Positions 1-10,737 are shown, counted from the first letter of the stretch. The stretch is 26,081 nucleotides of DNA from a virus (IMGVR_UViG_3300011339_000722:1-26081), one strand, 5' to 3'. Program-made: numbers and translations. The notes: generated by a model from the sequence alone, not told the origin.

Positions 1-1017
1 ATCATCTTTCTCGATAAGTCTAGATCCACCATTGTCAAGCATTTTCTTTTTATAAACTACTTTCTTCGTGGTCTTATAATTAAAATACATTAACGTACAC
101 GTGTCTCTTGAAAACACGCTGTTCTCATAAAATTGAGCAACATTATAATAATCATACCAACCTTGACTATACTGAGTTATCTCTTGTAACTGCTCCTTTG
201 TCAAGCTTTGGTCTATTTTCATTAACTCTGTTATTGGTAAAGTTTTAATCTCTCCCCAATAAAAACAATCTCTAAAGTAAGGATCTTCAGTATAACTATA
301 AACCACATTTGCAGGGTCAACATAAGATATTTTAATTCCTGCTCCTTGAAGAAATTCATGTTTACCAATAGAAATACCAAGGACTGTAGCATCATAGTCA
401 AGTCTTTTACGAATCTCATCGTAATGGTTTTCATCAAACATAGTATTAATAGCTTCTTCTTCAGCAATCTCAATAGCAGGTTTGTAATTTAATTGCATGT
501 ATAATGATAACTCCTCATCATTATTAGGTAACTTATTAGGGTCCATTATAAATGGATTTGCACCTGACAAATCTTGTATTTTAGTTAGAGCTTCTTTACC
601 AACCATTTGAGACTCTACTAACTCTTGATGCTTGTTTCTTTTTGCTTGAGACATTGCATCTTGAGAATATGCCTTAACTTTAAAAAGTCTGTTTGACATA
701 CCATTTACGATAATGTCAACAAACTTTGGTATTACAGGAACAGGTGTCCAATCTAAATTTAGATATGATAAATCTCCATCAATAGCTAATTCATTCTTAT
801 ACTTAGCAACTGATTGCTCACCTCTTGCATAAAGTCTTAATCTATGGAATTCTTTCCATTGACCATAATATCTACAAGAGTTTCCATCTTTCCTAAACCA
901 CTCATATTGAATAGCTTGACCTACTTGTAACCCAAATTCTTTAGATGCTTTAACCGCATCAGTAGCTAACTGACTCGGGAATGCTGACGATGTTATATCT
1001 ATTACTACGTTTTTCAT
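1..1017 (-). CDS. Portal protein, 5' part (runs off the window; absent from the ORF track)
   Basis: Hand translation from ATG 1017 is open to base 1: MKNVVIDITSSAFPSQ...EFGLQVGQAIQYEWF...RLYARGEQSVAKYKNELAIDGDLSYLNLDWTPVPVIPKFVDIIVNG. This resembles crAss-like portals. ATGA overlap with the terminase stop. Confidence 0.85.
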   Translation of the reverse strand, partial: MKNVVIDITSSAFPSQLATDAVKASKEFGLQVGQAIQYEWFRKDGNSCRYYGQWKEFHRLRLYARGEQSVAKYKNELAIDGDLSYLNLDWTPVPVIPKFVDIIVNGMSNRLFKVKAYSQDAMSQAKRNKHQELVESQMVGKEALTKIQDLSGANPFIMDPNKLPNNDEELSLYMQLNYKPAIEIAEEEAINTMFDENHYDEIRKRLDYDATVLGISIGKHEFLQGAGIKISYVDPANVVYSYTEDPYFRDCFYWGEIKTLPITELMKIDQSLTKEQLQEITQYSQGWYDYYNVAQFYENSVFSRDTCTLMYFNYKTTKKVVYKKKMLDNGGSRLIEKDD

Positions 1018-3260
1018 GTAATTATTTGACTTGTTGTTCCTTCATTCGAATACCTTGCGAAGTTAACAATAATTTTTGAATCTTTTTTCTCGGGTAAATA
1101 TAAATGCTTTTGGTTAGCCATAATGGCCAATCCTGAACTAATAGAAGCATCAAATTTTGTTCTGTCATTAATGTCAAACTTCGCCCAATCTTCCAACGTT
1201 CTTATGAATGGCATAGTTCCCATTTCGTCAGAATCTCTATAAGCACCTGCCAAATCAAATCCAACATATCTCTCTATATAAGACTCGATTGCAGAAGCGT
1301 GAGATTGCTTTACATCTTCAGAAGAGTTTGGTATACCTCCAAGTTCACGTTCAGTTTTACTTAGTTTATTGTATTGTTTATCAGGTCTGTTTAGACAATA
1401 TTGTCTATAACCTCTGTTTTTAAAATGATACAATAACCTTGGTTTGTTATTCTCTATAAGTATTGGCATACCATAAAATACACAGGCCATTAATACCTCT
1501 TCAAAAAATATCTCTGCTGTTTGAGGTCTTGCTATGTATTCTAAAAAGAACTCGTTTACAGGAGCTTCATCCATGTGGAATTTAGTAAGACCATGTAAAG
1601 ATCCGTTCGAACCTCTACCTCCAACTACTGCAGATATATCATAAGAGTCACAGCCAAAAGAACCTAAGTGTTCATTGCCGGGATACTTAGAACCATTTCG
1701 TGTATGAACATTGTTTTGAAGGTGCTTTGCAGGTGTCCAACTTACTAAGAATCTACCTCTTGAATCGGGAGTAAATATAACTTTACTGTCTTTAGCCCCA
1801 TCTTTCCAATGAAAAGAACCCCTTCTTAAGAAGTGCTCTTTAACTAAACTGTCGTTATAATCAATCTGCTGATATATTTTCGTAAGGTTAAATAAAGATT
1901 GTTTACTCTCATCTCTAAACGCATGTGATGTTGTTCTAGGGAACTGACGATAAAATTCATTTAACGCATCAGAATCGCTTTTTAAAGAATCAACCTCTGC
2001 TTCCCAATACTCAACAGCTCCATTCTTTATCATCACACCATCAACACCTTTAACAGGAGTCTCAGGTTTGTAGAACACAGGCATACCATAGATGTCTATA
2101 AACCCTTCCATGTTCCACTCCATAGGAATGAACAAGCCATATAAACCACTCTTGGTTTGTCCATTAGCATTACGGCTTCCTACCATTGAATCTTCATAAA
2201 GGTCTTTGTAGTTTTGACCCCCTTTTGATAATGCATTTGAGGTTGAACCCATCATACATTTTCCAATAATCTTACTACCTAATCTAAGACATGTTTTGGT
2301 AACTCGCCAATTGTTTTGTATGTTGTTTGGCTTAACCCATTTAGCACTTTCGTCATGAGCTAAGAATATAAGCTTCTCACCATCATAGGAGTTTTCTTCA
2401 GTGTTCTTCCAATCTATCGATGTATCTAATCCATCTATGGCATCATTGTCTATGTCATACATGTTTTTCTTTGTAATCTTAGATGCCGGAACTCTAAATG
2501 CCAACTCTGTCTTTGGCTTGTCCATACCATCCATAATAGGTTTAAAGAAGAATGGAAGTCTATTGTTTATGGGAACAACCTTATCAGTAAACATCTTCTT
2601 AGCATCGGCTCCTGTTTTTGACAAGATACCAATCCTTGCATCTCTCGCAAGTGTTCCTATGTTCACACATTCAGACGATGACATAAATGAGAATCCTGAA
2701 CGTCTAATCTTTAGATATATCATTCCAAAGCTTCTCTCATCTGCCTTACACGCTTCCCAAAAAATCCAATAGATTCTATTAGCTTCACGAAAGTCAGGGT
2801 ATCCAATATCTATGCTAGACCATTGAAGATACATATAGTGAGAGCCTGTTATGTAAGTAGGAGTTCCATTATTCATGAACCAAAAGCCTTGCTCTCTAAA
2901 ATCAAATTCATTTTCAATGTAATCGACCCATCTGTTTTTAAATTCAGCAGCCATTTCATTCCATTGAAATATAGATTGTATTCTTGAAAGCTCTCTAGGT
3001 ATTGGTTGTCTTTCCCAATACTGCTCAACTTTTGAAGTACTTCTTTTAAAACATTCTTTTGGTGCTTTAGGAAGAGCGATATTAAGTCCTGATATATTTA
3101 TTATATCTCCTATCTCTCCTGTCTTTGATATTACTACAACATCATATTGTTCGTTATATCCATATATCCAAGACTTATTACTATTTTTTTTAGTAATAAC
3201 ATTAGAAGGTATATGATCCTTTACTATGGTGTAGATATTATTTTGACCTTCTTTCTGCAA
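1014..3260 (-). CDS. terL: Terminase large subunit
   Basis: 748 aa. Walker A-like KIRRSGFS, Walker B FLAHDE, coupling motif GSTSN, RNase H-like nuclease acidic motifs (GCDSYD, IENN, KFDASI). Adjacent to the portal. TTG start is uncertain. Confidence 0.92.
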   Translation of the reverse strand: MQKEGQNNIYTIVKDHIPSNVITKKNSNKSWIYGYNEQYDVVVISKTGEIGDIINISGLNIALPKAPKECFKRSTSKVEQYWERQPIPRELSRIQSIFQWNEMAAEFKNRWVDYIENEFDFREQGFWFMNNGTPTYITGSHYMYLQWSSIDIGYPDFREANRIYWIFWEACKADERSFGMIYLKIRRSGFSFMSSSECVNIGTLARDARIGILSKTGADAKKMFTDKVVPINNRLPFFFKPIMDGMDKPKTELAFRVPASKITKKNMYDIDNDAIDGLDTSIDWKNTEENSYDGEKLIFLAHDESAKWVKPNNIQNNWRVTKTCLRLGSKIIGKCMMGSTSNALSKGGQNYKDLYEDSMVGSRNANGQTKSGLYGLFIPMEWNMEGFIDIYGMPVFYKPETPVKGVDGVMIKNGAVEYWEAEVDSLKSDSDALNEFYRQFPRTTSHAFRDESKQSLFNLTKIYQQIDYNDSLVKEHFLRRGSFHWKDGAKDSKVIFTPDSRGRFLVSWTPAKHLQNNVHTRNGSKYPGNEHLGSFGCDSYDISAVVGGRGSNGSLHGLTKFHMDEAPVNEFFLEYIARPQTAEIFFEEVLMACVFYGMPILIENNKPRLLYHFKNRGYRQYCLNRPDKQYNKLSKTERELGGIPNSSEDVKQSHASAIESYIERYVGFDLAGAYRDSDEMGTMPFIRTLEDWAKFDINDRTKFDASISSGLAIMANQKHLYLPEKKDSKIIVNFARYSNEGTTSQIIT

Positions 3261-3522
3261 ATCCTTGTTTTGAATCAGTTTTATTAATACCTTTTTCAGA
3301 TAATTCTATGCCTTCTTTCTCAGATTCTATTCTGTTTAAAATCTCGAATGCATCAAATATAGCTAATTTTTTTGTAGCAGCAGCATTTTTTAATTTGTCT
3401 GCCGCCAACTCTCCTCCAATATCATCAATATTTAAGATAGGTTCTTCAGCTACTTTTATTAACTCAAGTACTGCTTTATGTCCGGCAGCAATAATCTTTA
3501 GTTTTGTTTCTTTAGGTGTCAT
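3238..3522 (-). CDS. Small helical protein, candidate terminase small subunit
   Basis: 94 aa, helical, overlaps the terL start. Function inferred from position only. Confidence 0.5.
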   Translation of the reverse strand: MTPKETKLKIIAAGHKAVLELIKVAEEPILNIDDIGGELAADKLKNAAATKKLAIFDAFEILNRIESEKEGIELSEKGINKTDSKQGFAERRSK

Positions 3523-4082
3523 AGCTTCATTGTTATTTGGTGGTCATACATTCTATACAACTTCTCTCCATCAACATTGAATTCATATTCACTATCAGGA
3601 ACAAAACAAACTGAATCTCCGGCTTTAATACCTTTCGTTGAGAGGTATTCGTTTGTGTACTTCATAATACCCATCAATGGCTCTTCTGAGAAAGGCTTAG
3701 AGATATATGAATCTACTGTGGGGATTGGTTTTACAAAGCAATACTTATCATAAGCATACCACACATCTGCTTTCTTATACATGAAAAATTGGTCCATTTC
3801 AATAAAAAACAAATCTTCTTTAAAGAAACTTTTGCCACTTTTCTGTCTGCCTTTAATATCGTTATAAAATTTGAATACATTGTGATGTACAAGAAGTATA
3901 TCACCTTTTGATATATGACCGGTATATCCTAATGGTATTTCAACAACCTCGGCATATCTATTAGAGAACTTATGATCTTCTTCCGATGTACTAACTATAA
4001 AGTCAATACCGCCTATGTCTTTTGTGTTGTCATAGCGTTTACCATTTACAGGCTTTGCTATAAAATAAAATGGAGATTTCAT
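3519..4082 (-). CDS. Tandem GroES-like (co-chaperonin fold) protein
   Basis: 187 aa with two GroES-like halves: AEVVEIP...ISKGDILLV and GIMKY...IKAGDSVCF...EFNVDGEKLYRM. Confidence 0.6.
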   Translation of the reverse strand: MKSPFYFIAKPVNGKRYDNTKDIGGIDFIVSTSEEDHKFSNRYAEVVEIPLGYTGHISKGDILLVHHNVFKFYNDIKGRQKSGKSFFKEDLFFIEMDQFFMYKKADVWYAYDKYCFVKPIPTVDSYISKPFSEEPLMGIMKYTNEYLSTKGIKAGDSVCFVPDSEYEFNVDGEKLYRMYDHQITMKL

Positions 4083-4306
4083 TAAAAATTTATATTATAT
4101 TCGATTGAAATAGGTACAGTAGGACTAAACTCCTTCCACAAAACTACTTCTTCTTTTTGATTTATAATATATATTAATACATCTTTTTTATTATTTATCT
4201 TAATAAGATGAATTTCATTACTATCTCCAAGTACTTTTTGTCCTACTATGTAGTGCATTGCACCACTTTTATAATCAGGACCCACTGATATTTTTCGTAT
4301 ATCCAT
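4082..4306 (-). CDS. Hypothetical phage protein
   Basis: 74 aa, TAATG-coupled to the next gene. Confidence 0.75.
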   Translation of the reverse strand: MDIRKISVGPDYKSGAMHYIVGQKVLGDSNEIHLIKINNKKDVLIYIINQKEEVVLWKEFSPTVPISIEYNINF

Positions 4307-4307
4307 T

Positions 4308-4670
4308 TTATTCTTTATTTCTAATTGCTCTTATCAAGTCAGCTATAATTATTGTAATACAAGCATAAAAAAGCCAAGAAGATATAAAGTTTATATTTGT
4401 ATAAAAACAAGCCAACAAACAACCAAAAACTCCACCTATTGCGGTTCTCTTTACATCGTTTTCATCGTGTTGAATACCAAAGGCGATATTATTAAATAAC
4501 TCCCAAAATGCACCCATTCCACCTCCAAATATTAATCCTATTAATATTGAGCCAACTATCTTTTGCCATAGCCAAAAGTCATACACATAAGTAGCGTTTG
4601 CGAAAGTGTAAATAAAAACAAATCCAACTACGTAATGAGCTATATTTCTAATTTGTTTGTTCTTCATCAT
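4308..4670 (-). CDS. Multi-pass membrane protein
   Basis: About 4 hydrophobic segments with HY, WE and D residues. Start moved to ATG 4670 (MMKNKQIR) to reduce overlap. Confidence 0.65.
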   Translation of the reverse strand: MMKNKQIRNIAHYVVGFVFIYTFANATYVYDFWLWQKIVGSILIGLIFGGGMGAFWELFNNIAFGIQHDENDVKRTAIGGVFGCLLACFYTNINFISSWLFYACITIIIADLIRAIRNKE

Positions 4671-4824
4671 AAGGTTGTTTATCATACCAATTCCATCCAT
4701 CAATAGGATAGGTATAAGTGTCTTTTAATTTTTTTTCTAATGTGTAAGTAGGTGCATATACAAAATTTGGTGCATATTGCCAATTCTCATCTTCTAATTT
4801 GTAAAATCCTGATGTATCTTCCAT
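4648..4824 (-). CDS. Small acidic/aromatic protein, possible fibre assembly chaperone
   Basis: 58 aa from ATG 4824 (MEDTSGFYK...YPIDGWNWY), 2 nt after the LRR gene stop. Confidence 0.6.
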   Translation of the reverse strand: MEDTSGFYKLEDENWQYAPNFVYAPTYTLEKKLKDTYTYPIDGWNWYDKQPYDEEQTN

Positions 4825-4826
4825 AA

Positions 4827-7022
4827 TTATCCTGTTATTGTCCATCCGCGAGACGTTAATACTAATCTATCTGCTGCGGTTAATCCTGCTGCCCCTGTAC
4901 AGGAAGTTATATTAATTGTTTTTGATATTACTGTTCCTTGTAATGCAATATCAGCAAATAATGTATTTAATGCTGCTGTTGATAAATTACAAAAAGAAAT
5001 ATTTATTTGAGGAGATGTTCCTGTCCATTGTCCTGTTGAAGCATTTACTAACCTTAATGAATTTAATAAATTAAAATTAGTTGATGATTGACCATTTAAA
5101 GTTAATTTACTTAATGGGCAATTAAACTGTAACGCAGTTTGTAAATTCATAAATGTATTTGAGTCACCTGTTACAAGTGGTGTCGCAGTTAAACTACCAA
5201 AATTATTTAAATTATTTATTGTAGTTAATGCTCCACAATACTGAAATGCATTAGCAAATGTTGTTAAAGACGTAGTTTGTGTTGTTGGCAAGGTTATTGT
5301 CTTTAAGGATGCGCATGATTGAAAAGCATTTGCATAAGTTGTTGTAGCTGCTGATACAGTAGCGGGCATTGTTATTGATATTAATTTAGAACAATTTTGA
5401 AAAGCAGAACTAAAATTTGTACAAGTACTCATTGATGTAGGCATTGTAACAGATGTAAGTGAATAGCAAAATTGAAAAGCATTTGCTAAAGTTGTGCAAC
5501 TATTCATTATAGTTGGAAAAGTTACACTTTCTAATTCAGAACAATTAACAAAAGCACTTGCTAAAGTTGTAACTCCTGTTAATGATGTAGGCATTGTAAT
5601 AGTTTTTAGATTATAACAACTAGCAAAAGCATTTGACATACTTGTTATATTATTTTGACTATTATTTGGAAGCGTAATAGTTGAAACGCTATCGCAAGCA
5701 AAAAAAGCAATAGCTAAAGAAGTAATATTATATGCACTTGGTATTGTTATAGTTGTAAGTGAACGACAAGAATTAAAAGCATTATTCATATCAACGTTAC
5801 TACCCATTGTTGTGGGCAATGTTAAAGTGTCTAAATTAATGCAATTATTAAAAGCTTGGGACATGCTATTACAAGCGGTAAATCCACTTTGAAAAATAAT
5901 CTGACTAATTGCAGAGCAATATAAAAAAGTTGAATTTAAAGATGTAGCATCAAAATTTGTAGGAAATATTAAAGTTCTTAAACTAAAACAATTATTAAAA
6001 GCGCTTGTCATTCCATATCTTGCATTTGCTGAACAAGTAGATGGTAAATATACATTTTCTAAAGATGTGCAATTACTAAATATACTACCTATATTTACTG
6101 CTGTTGCAGGAGATACAGGACTTGGTAAAGAGTTAAATTTTATCCATAACAAGCCAATGCACCCACTAAAAGTAGTACTTAAATTAGTACAAGTATTTAT
6201 ACTAGGTATTGTAATGTTTTTTAAGGAAACACAAGTAGCAAAAGTATTTTGAAGTGTTGTGCAACTGTTTAATGTTGTTGGAAAAGTTACTGTTCTTAAA
6301 GAACTACAATTTGCAAAAGTAAGACTTAAATCAGTAATTGCAGTAGCATTGGTTGGAAAAGTAATATCTAATAAATTAACGCAATTTAAAAAGCATGTTG
6401 TAAAATTGGTAAGATTGGCACCTGATGTTGGCATAACTAACACAAACAACTTTATACAATTCTGAAAAATATTAGCCATACTTGTATATGTAACTGTTGT
6501 TGGTAGTTTAACATACTCTAAATAATTAAATGAACTAGCACCGGTAGAACTAGATGTTGATGTAAATATAGGCGAAATTGAAGTACAAGCACCATTTCCA
6601 TAATATGCTTCTAATAATCCTATAGTATAACCTACTGAACCACTTACACTAGCTGCTCTTGGGGCAACATGGTTGCATTTAGTAATTACACTTGTAGCAT
6701 CAGCATAAACTCTTATTTTAAAAGTTGTATAACCTCTTGAACAAGGTGTTCCTGTTCCTATCGCATAAGTGTGATTTGTAAATATATCTGTAGCAGTTGA
6801 TATTGTATCTATTACTCCATCTCCCCAATCAATATATAAATTTGTTCCACTATTTTTAGTGAATGTAGTATTGATTGTAAAAGTTGCTAAATCAGTATCT
6901 GCAACTAAAAAATGAACTTCATTTGCTGCATCTGTAATAGTAATCCAATCAACAGGTCTTACCCAATTAGGAGGAGTTGGTTTAGGTTTTAAATAACTTT
7001 GTATTGGTAATTGAACTCCCAT
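4827..7022 (-). CDS. BspA/LRR_5-type leucine-rich-repeat protein, candidate receptor-binding fibre
   Basis: 731 aa with many ~25-aa repeats of the form AFxxCxxLxxITxP. N-terminal PKD-like IDWGDG...HTY motif; C-terminal RGWTITG. Confidence 0.8.
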   Translation of the reverse strand: MGVQLPIQSYLKPKPTPPNWVRPVDWITITDAANEVHFLVADTDLATFTINTTFTKNSGTNLYIDWGDGVIDTISTATDIFTNHTYAIGTGTPCSRGYTTFKIRVYADATSVITKCNHVAPRAASVSGSVGYTIGLLEAYYGNGACTSISPIFTSTSSSTGASSFNYLEYVKLPTTVTYTSMANIFQNCIKLFVLVMPTSGANLTNFTTCFLNCVNLLDITFPTNATAITDLSLTFANCSSLRTVTFPTTLNSCTTLQNTFATCVSLKNITIPSINTCTNLSTTFSGCIGLLWIKFNSLPSPVSPATAVNIGSIFSNCTSLENVYLPSTCSANARYGMTSAFNNCFSLRTLIFPTNFDATSLNSTFLYCSAISQIIFQSGFTACNSMSQAFNNCINLDTLTLPTTMGSNVDMNNAFNSCRSLTTITIPSAYNITSLAIAFFACDSVSTITLPNNSQNNITSMSNAFASCYNLKTITMPTSLTGVTTLASAFVNCSELESVTFPTIMNSCTTLANAFQFCYSLTSVTMPTSMSTCTNFSSAFQNCSKLISITMPATVSAATTTYANAFQSCASLKTITLPTTQTTSLTTFANAFQYCGALTTINNLNNFGSLTATPLVTGDSNTFMNLQTALQFNCPLSKLTLNGQSSTNFNLLNSLRLVNASTGQWTGTSPQINISFCNLSTAALNTLFADIALQGTVISKTINITSCTGAAGLTAADRLVLTSRGWTITG

Positions 7023-7023
7023 A

Positions 7024-9663
7024 TTATAAAATAAAAATTACTATTTCTCCTACTATATTTGTTTGTGGAGGAAATAAAGAATAAAACTTACAAGTTCCTG
7101 TTGCTGCATCTATTTGTGGTAACATTCTACAAGTTGAAACCTCATTAATACTTGCGTTGTTTGGGGTGAAATTTACAAATCCTGTTGATACTATGTTAGC
7201 ATTAGTAAAAGTATATTCATAATAACTACCTACTAATGTCCAAGAACCAAATGCTAATGTTTGAGATGCAAGTTTTACTTGACTTGAACCTCCACCGCCG
7301 CCACTATATTGAGGAATATTTAAAGTTGCTCCAACTAATGTAGCAGGCCCACTTGTTCCTGTTGTAGTTAGTGTTATTGCATTTTGTTTACCATTAAATG
7401 TACTCCAATTTGCTGAACTTAATGCGCCTCTATTTGTTGCACTTGCAGTTGGTAGATTAAACGTATGTGTTGTCCCTACTGAAGATATATTAAAATCTGT
7501 ACCACTTCCATTAGCAACTAATGTTTGTGTAGAACCTGTTAAACTATTAATAGCAGTAATACCTGTACCTGCCATTATACCGCTCTGTTGTGTAACTGTA
7601 AGTACTACAGAAGCAGTAGATGGAGGAGGACTCCCTGCAGGTTCAAATGAAATAAAAACTGCTGTGTCTTGTGTACTCCATACAAATTCATAATAATCTC
7701 CTGCAATAGGGTCAAGTAAAAAATTCCAAGAAGGAAGTGTATGTCCATCAGATGAACCATGCTTAGGTGGTACTAAAATCACACCCGCAGATCCGGGCAC
7801 ATCTACACCATTCTTTCTAAGCCATATTGTTACATCATGCTCGTTTGCTGTGGGATTTCTAAATTGCGCTGACCATTGAATATTATATATCCCTGTATTT
7901 GCTATTGTAACTCTTGAATTGCTAACTACCGTAACGCCATTTGATAGGTCAGTTACTCCTAATCGCATTGGATAACCTGTGTTAATAGCTGCAGCTGTTT
8001 GATCTGTTACATCAGAGAATGCTCCATAATAACCTGTAGGTGTAGCAGCAGTATTTGTTCCCCATTTTAATCCTGTAGCAGTTGAACTATCTGCCAATAA
8101 TACTTGCGTATCAAGTCCTATAGGAAGTCTTGTATCTACTGTGGCATTTCTTGTATACAAATCTCCTTTAGTTGTAAGAGGAGAAATTGGTATATCAGAA
8201 AGCAAAGCTATTGTGCCACTTGCATTTTGAAGTGTTTGAGTATTTGTAGCTGTAATAGTAGTAGGCGCTTTTAAATAAAGACTGCTACCACCAACATCTG
8301 AAAATGCAATATTATTACTCGTAGATATTGATATTTGTTTATTTGTAATATTATTTGAAACAGAAATATAACTATTTGATAAAATTGTTGAAAGAGGTGA
8401 TACTCCATTCTGAAGGAATATAGAATCTGTAGTAGTATTACCTGCTGTTGTTACTTGTTGAAGTGTTGGAACAGTTACACTTGGTAATGTAGCAAACGTA
8501 CCATCTCCTCTAATGTATTGAGATATTGTACCTGTTGGATAAGGATAATATGATGTAGTGTCTAATGCAAATGTTCCTGCAGCAGTCATCTTTACAAATG
8601 GCGTACCTGTAGTCCATGTAGGATAATTTAATGCACCCCATGTACCTATATTAGAAGTTAAAGCTAAAGTTCCTGAAGCATCAGGTAGTTGCAAAGTTCT
8701 TACACCTGTTAATAAATCTGACCTTAAACCTGTGTACCCCAACGAAGTTTGAAATCCTATACTTGCATCTTGATAAATATAAACAGACTCAAAGCTATTA
8801 GTTATTTGTAGACCACTGTAAGGTAGATAATATAAATTATAGTTAACATCAAAGTTATCACTAATTCCAAAACTAAATCCATCTGAATATAAGTTCCCTG
8901 ATGTTATACCTGCAACAGTTATTGAATCTGTAGTTATGTTTCCTGCATCAGTAACTTGTTGAAGTGTTTGAGCACCTCCGCCTGTAGTAACAGAACCATC
9001 CGCCATTAAATACTGTAGGTTTGTACCTCCTGTTTTAATAAATGAAGTTGCAGTTACATTACCTGTTAAATTGATATTATTAGTCGCTGTGTTACCAACA
9101 GATAATACATCACCTAACCCCGGTGTTGTTGAAGTAGGAGCATTTACCCATCTTATACCTGACGCTGTTTTTGAAAGGAATTGACCTGTTGTTCCAATAC
9201 CTGTGGTGTCATCTTGTATATTCCCCGGTATTATTCTTGTTGAAGTAATGTTCCCAATAAGAGTTATACTCTGAGTAGCAGTATTTCCTGCATTAAGAAC
9301 TGCCTGAAGATTATCTACCGGCAAATCAACCCAATTTATACTTACAGCTCCTTTGCTAAGGAATTGAAAAGGTAATCCTTGACTACCACTTGTATCCTCA
9401 ATATTATCAGGTCTTATTAATGTGGTATCAATAGTGCCTACTAATGTAATGTTTTGAGTAGCAGTATTACCGGTATTAAGTACTGCTTGTAAAGATGCTG
9501 CCGGAAAGTTAGATGAAAACAAATTCAACAACTCCCCTAACGAAAAGTTCTTTGTCGCAAGAGGAGTAGCTGATGGTATTGGCCGAGGAGCTTCTGTCCC
9601 TATTAACCTATCGCTTAATTGTAAAGGTGAGTCCGCTAAGGAGTAAGTAGCTATCTTCGACAT
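7024..9663 (-). CDS. Tail/head fibre protein
   Basis: 879 aa, Thr/Gly-rich. Five LqxVxxxGNxxT repeats and a C1q/TNF-like segment (GYYGAFSD...[12 protein letters not shown]). Confidence 0.75.
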   Translation of the reverse strand: MSKIATYSLADSPLQLSDRLIGTEAPRPIPSATPLATKNFSLGELLNLFSSNFPAASLQAVLNTGNTATQNITLVGTIDTTLIRPDNIEDTSGSQGLPFQFLSKGAVSINWVDLPVDNLQAVLNAGNTATQSITLIGNITSTRIIPGNIQDDTTGIGTTGQFLSKTASGIRWVNAPTSTTPGLGDVLSVGNTATNNINLTGNVTATSFIKTGGTNLQYLMADGSVTTGGGAQTLQQVTDAGNITTDSITVAGITSGNLYSDGFSFGISDNFDVNYNLYYLPYSGLQITNSFESVYIYQDASIGFQTSLGYTGLRSDLLTGVRTLQLPDASGTLALTSNIGTWGALNYPTWTTGTPFVKMTAAGTFALDTTSYYPYPTGTISQYIRGDGTFATLPSVTVPTLQQVTTAGNTTTDSIFLQNGVSPLSTILSNSYISVSNNITNKQISISTSNNIAFSDVGGSSLYLKAPTTITATNTQTLQNASGTIALLSDIPISPLTTKGDLYTRNATVDTRLPIGLDTQVLLADSSTATGLKWGTNTAATPTGYYGAFSDVTDQTAAAINTGYPMRLGVTDLSNGVTVVSNSRVTIANTGIYNIQWSAQFRNPTANEHDVTIWLRKNGVDVPGSAGVILVPPKHGSSDGHTLPSWNFLLDPIAGDYYEFVWSTQDTAVFISFEPAGSPPPSTASVVLTVTQQSGIMAGTGITAINSLTGSTQTLVANGSGTDFNISSVGTTHTFNLPTASATNRGALSSANWSTFNGKQNAITLTTTGTSGPATLVGATLNIPQYSGGGGGSSQVKLASQTLAFGSWTLVGSYYEYTFTNANIVSTGFVNFTPNNASINEVSTCRMLPQIDAATGTCKFYSLFPPQTNIVGEIVIFIL

Positions 9664-9677
9664 TATGTATTGTATTT

Positions 9678-10121
9678 TTAATTGTAAACTCTAATTTCCA
9701 CATAAAGGTTCTCTATGTAATCTACATAAGCTCCTGAAGATGAAAGATTTGTTTGTACAGAAATCACATTAGCGCTAACATTTGTTGTAGAAGGAGCAAT
9801 AATAAGATATCCATTATTTACACTTGTTATAACTACTGTTTTTCCTATTGTAAAAGCAGAAGCAAGAGTAGCTGAATAATTACCTGTTGAATTTCTACTC
9901 CATACTATAGATCCTATATTATTTTTTAAAACATTTGCAGTAACGGTTGAGCTATTAGTACAACTAATAAGAGCGCTATATACTTTATATCCATCTCCTA
10001 AAGCAAGTACATCTGCAATAACAAAACTTTTTGTTGCGTCAGAATTACTAACATCTGTTCCAATAACATAATCATCTAATGCAGGAGGTATCGCGTCAGG
10101 GTATGTACTAATCTTTGCCAT
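9678..10121 (-). CDS. Short virion fibre/decoration protein
   Basis: 147 aa. N-terminus similar to the 879-aa fibre; C-terminal [10 protein letters not shown] beta domain. Confidence 0.6.
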   Translation of the reverse strand: MAKISTYPDAIPPALDDYVIGTDVSNSDATKSFVIADVLALGDGYKVYSALISCTNSSTVTANVLKNNIGSIVWSRNSTGNYSATLASAFTIGKTVVITSVNNGYLIIAPSTTNVSANVISVQTNLSSSGAYVDYIENLYVEIRVYN

Positions 10122-10127
10122 TTCTTT

Positions 10128-10469
10128 TTAGTTTAAAGTTAATAGATATAGAATCTTGTCTACTAAAGCAATCATCTCGTCTATAATGTTTTGTAACTCT
10201 GATGGATAATTGTTTCTCTCAGTATCAAGAGTTGAACGTAACTCTTTTAAATGAGAAGTAGCATCTGTATTTTTTGACTCAGGAATAACTATCTCAACTC
10301 TTTTGTTTCTACCAAAGTATGCCTCAGTAAAAGTGTCAGTTAAATCAAGTATTCCATCATAATAAGCGTTTAATGCTTTGTGCTCTGCAAACGATGTTGT
10401 TTGAAGGTGTGCGATGTGCATTGCATCTCTTGACTGAAACAATGTTCCAATAAATTTTCCCGGTGTCAT
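10128..10469 (-). CDS. Ferritin/Dps-like four-helix protein (DUF5856-like)
   Basis: 113 aa. HIAHLQTTSFAEHKALNAYYD...D...E matches the Dps-type His/Asp/Glu pattern; ends IDEM...YLLTL. Confidence 0.7.
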   Translation of the reverse strand: MTPGKFIGTLFQSRDAMHIAHLQTTSFAEHKALNAYYDGILDLTDTFTEAYFGRNKRVEIVIPESKNTDATSHLKELRSTLDTERNNYPSELQNIIDEMIALVDKILYLLTLN

Positions 10470-10471
10470 AA

Positions 10472-10708
10472 TTACTCTGTTTTTTGTGTTACTTCTCCTG
10501 TTTGAATATTGATAACAGCATTAGCTCCATATTTCTCAATTAATAATTGTTCGTGTGCAGAAAATTGAGCTTTAATTTCATCAACAATTCTAATTAATGT
10601 TTGCTTTTGCAATTCAGCATCAGCAATTGCCATTTTTACTTTGTTAAACTCTGCGTTTAATTCTTGAATTTTTACTAATTCTTCTTGTGTTACTTTCGTG
10701 TTTTCCAT
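10472..10708 (-). CDS. Coiled-coil hypothetical protein
   Basis: 78 aa with heptad pattern and EKYG..INIQTGE tail; has its own promoter box. Confidence 0.7.
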   Translation of the reverse strand: MENTKVTQEELVKIQELNAEFNKVKMAIADAELQKQTLIRIVDEIKAQFSAHEQLLIEKYGANAVINIQTGEVTQKTE

Positions 10709-10729
10709 TTTTGATTTAATTTAATTGTA

Positions 10730-10737
10730 CAAATATA
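10730..10737 (-). promoter_or_regulatory. Bacteroidota -7 promoter box TATATTTG
   Basis: Matches TAnnTTTG, 21 nt upstream of ATG 10708. Confidence 0.65.

Noticed and set aside
4827-9663. Diversity-generating retroelement target in the fibre genes
   Set aside because: No reverse transcriptase and no adenine-specific template/variable repeat pair seen in this window.
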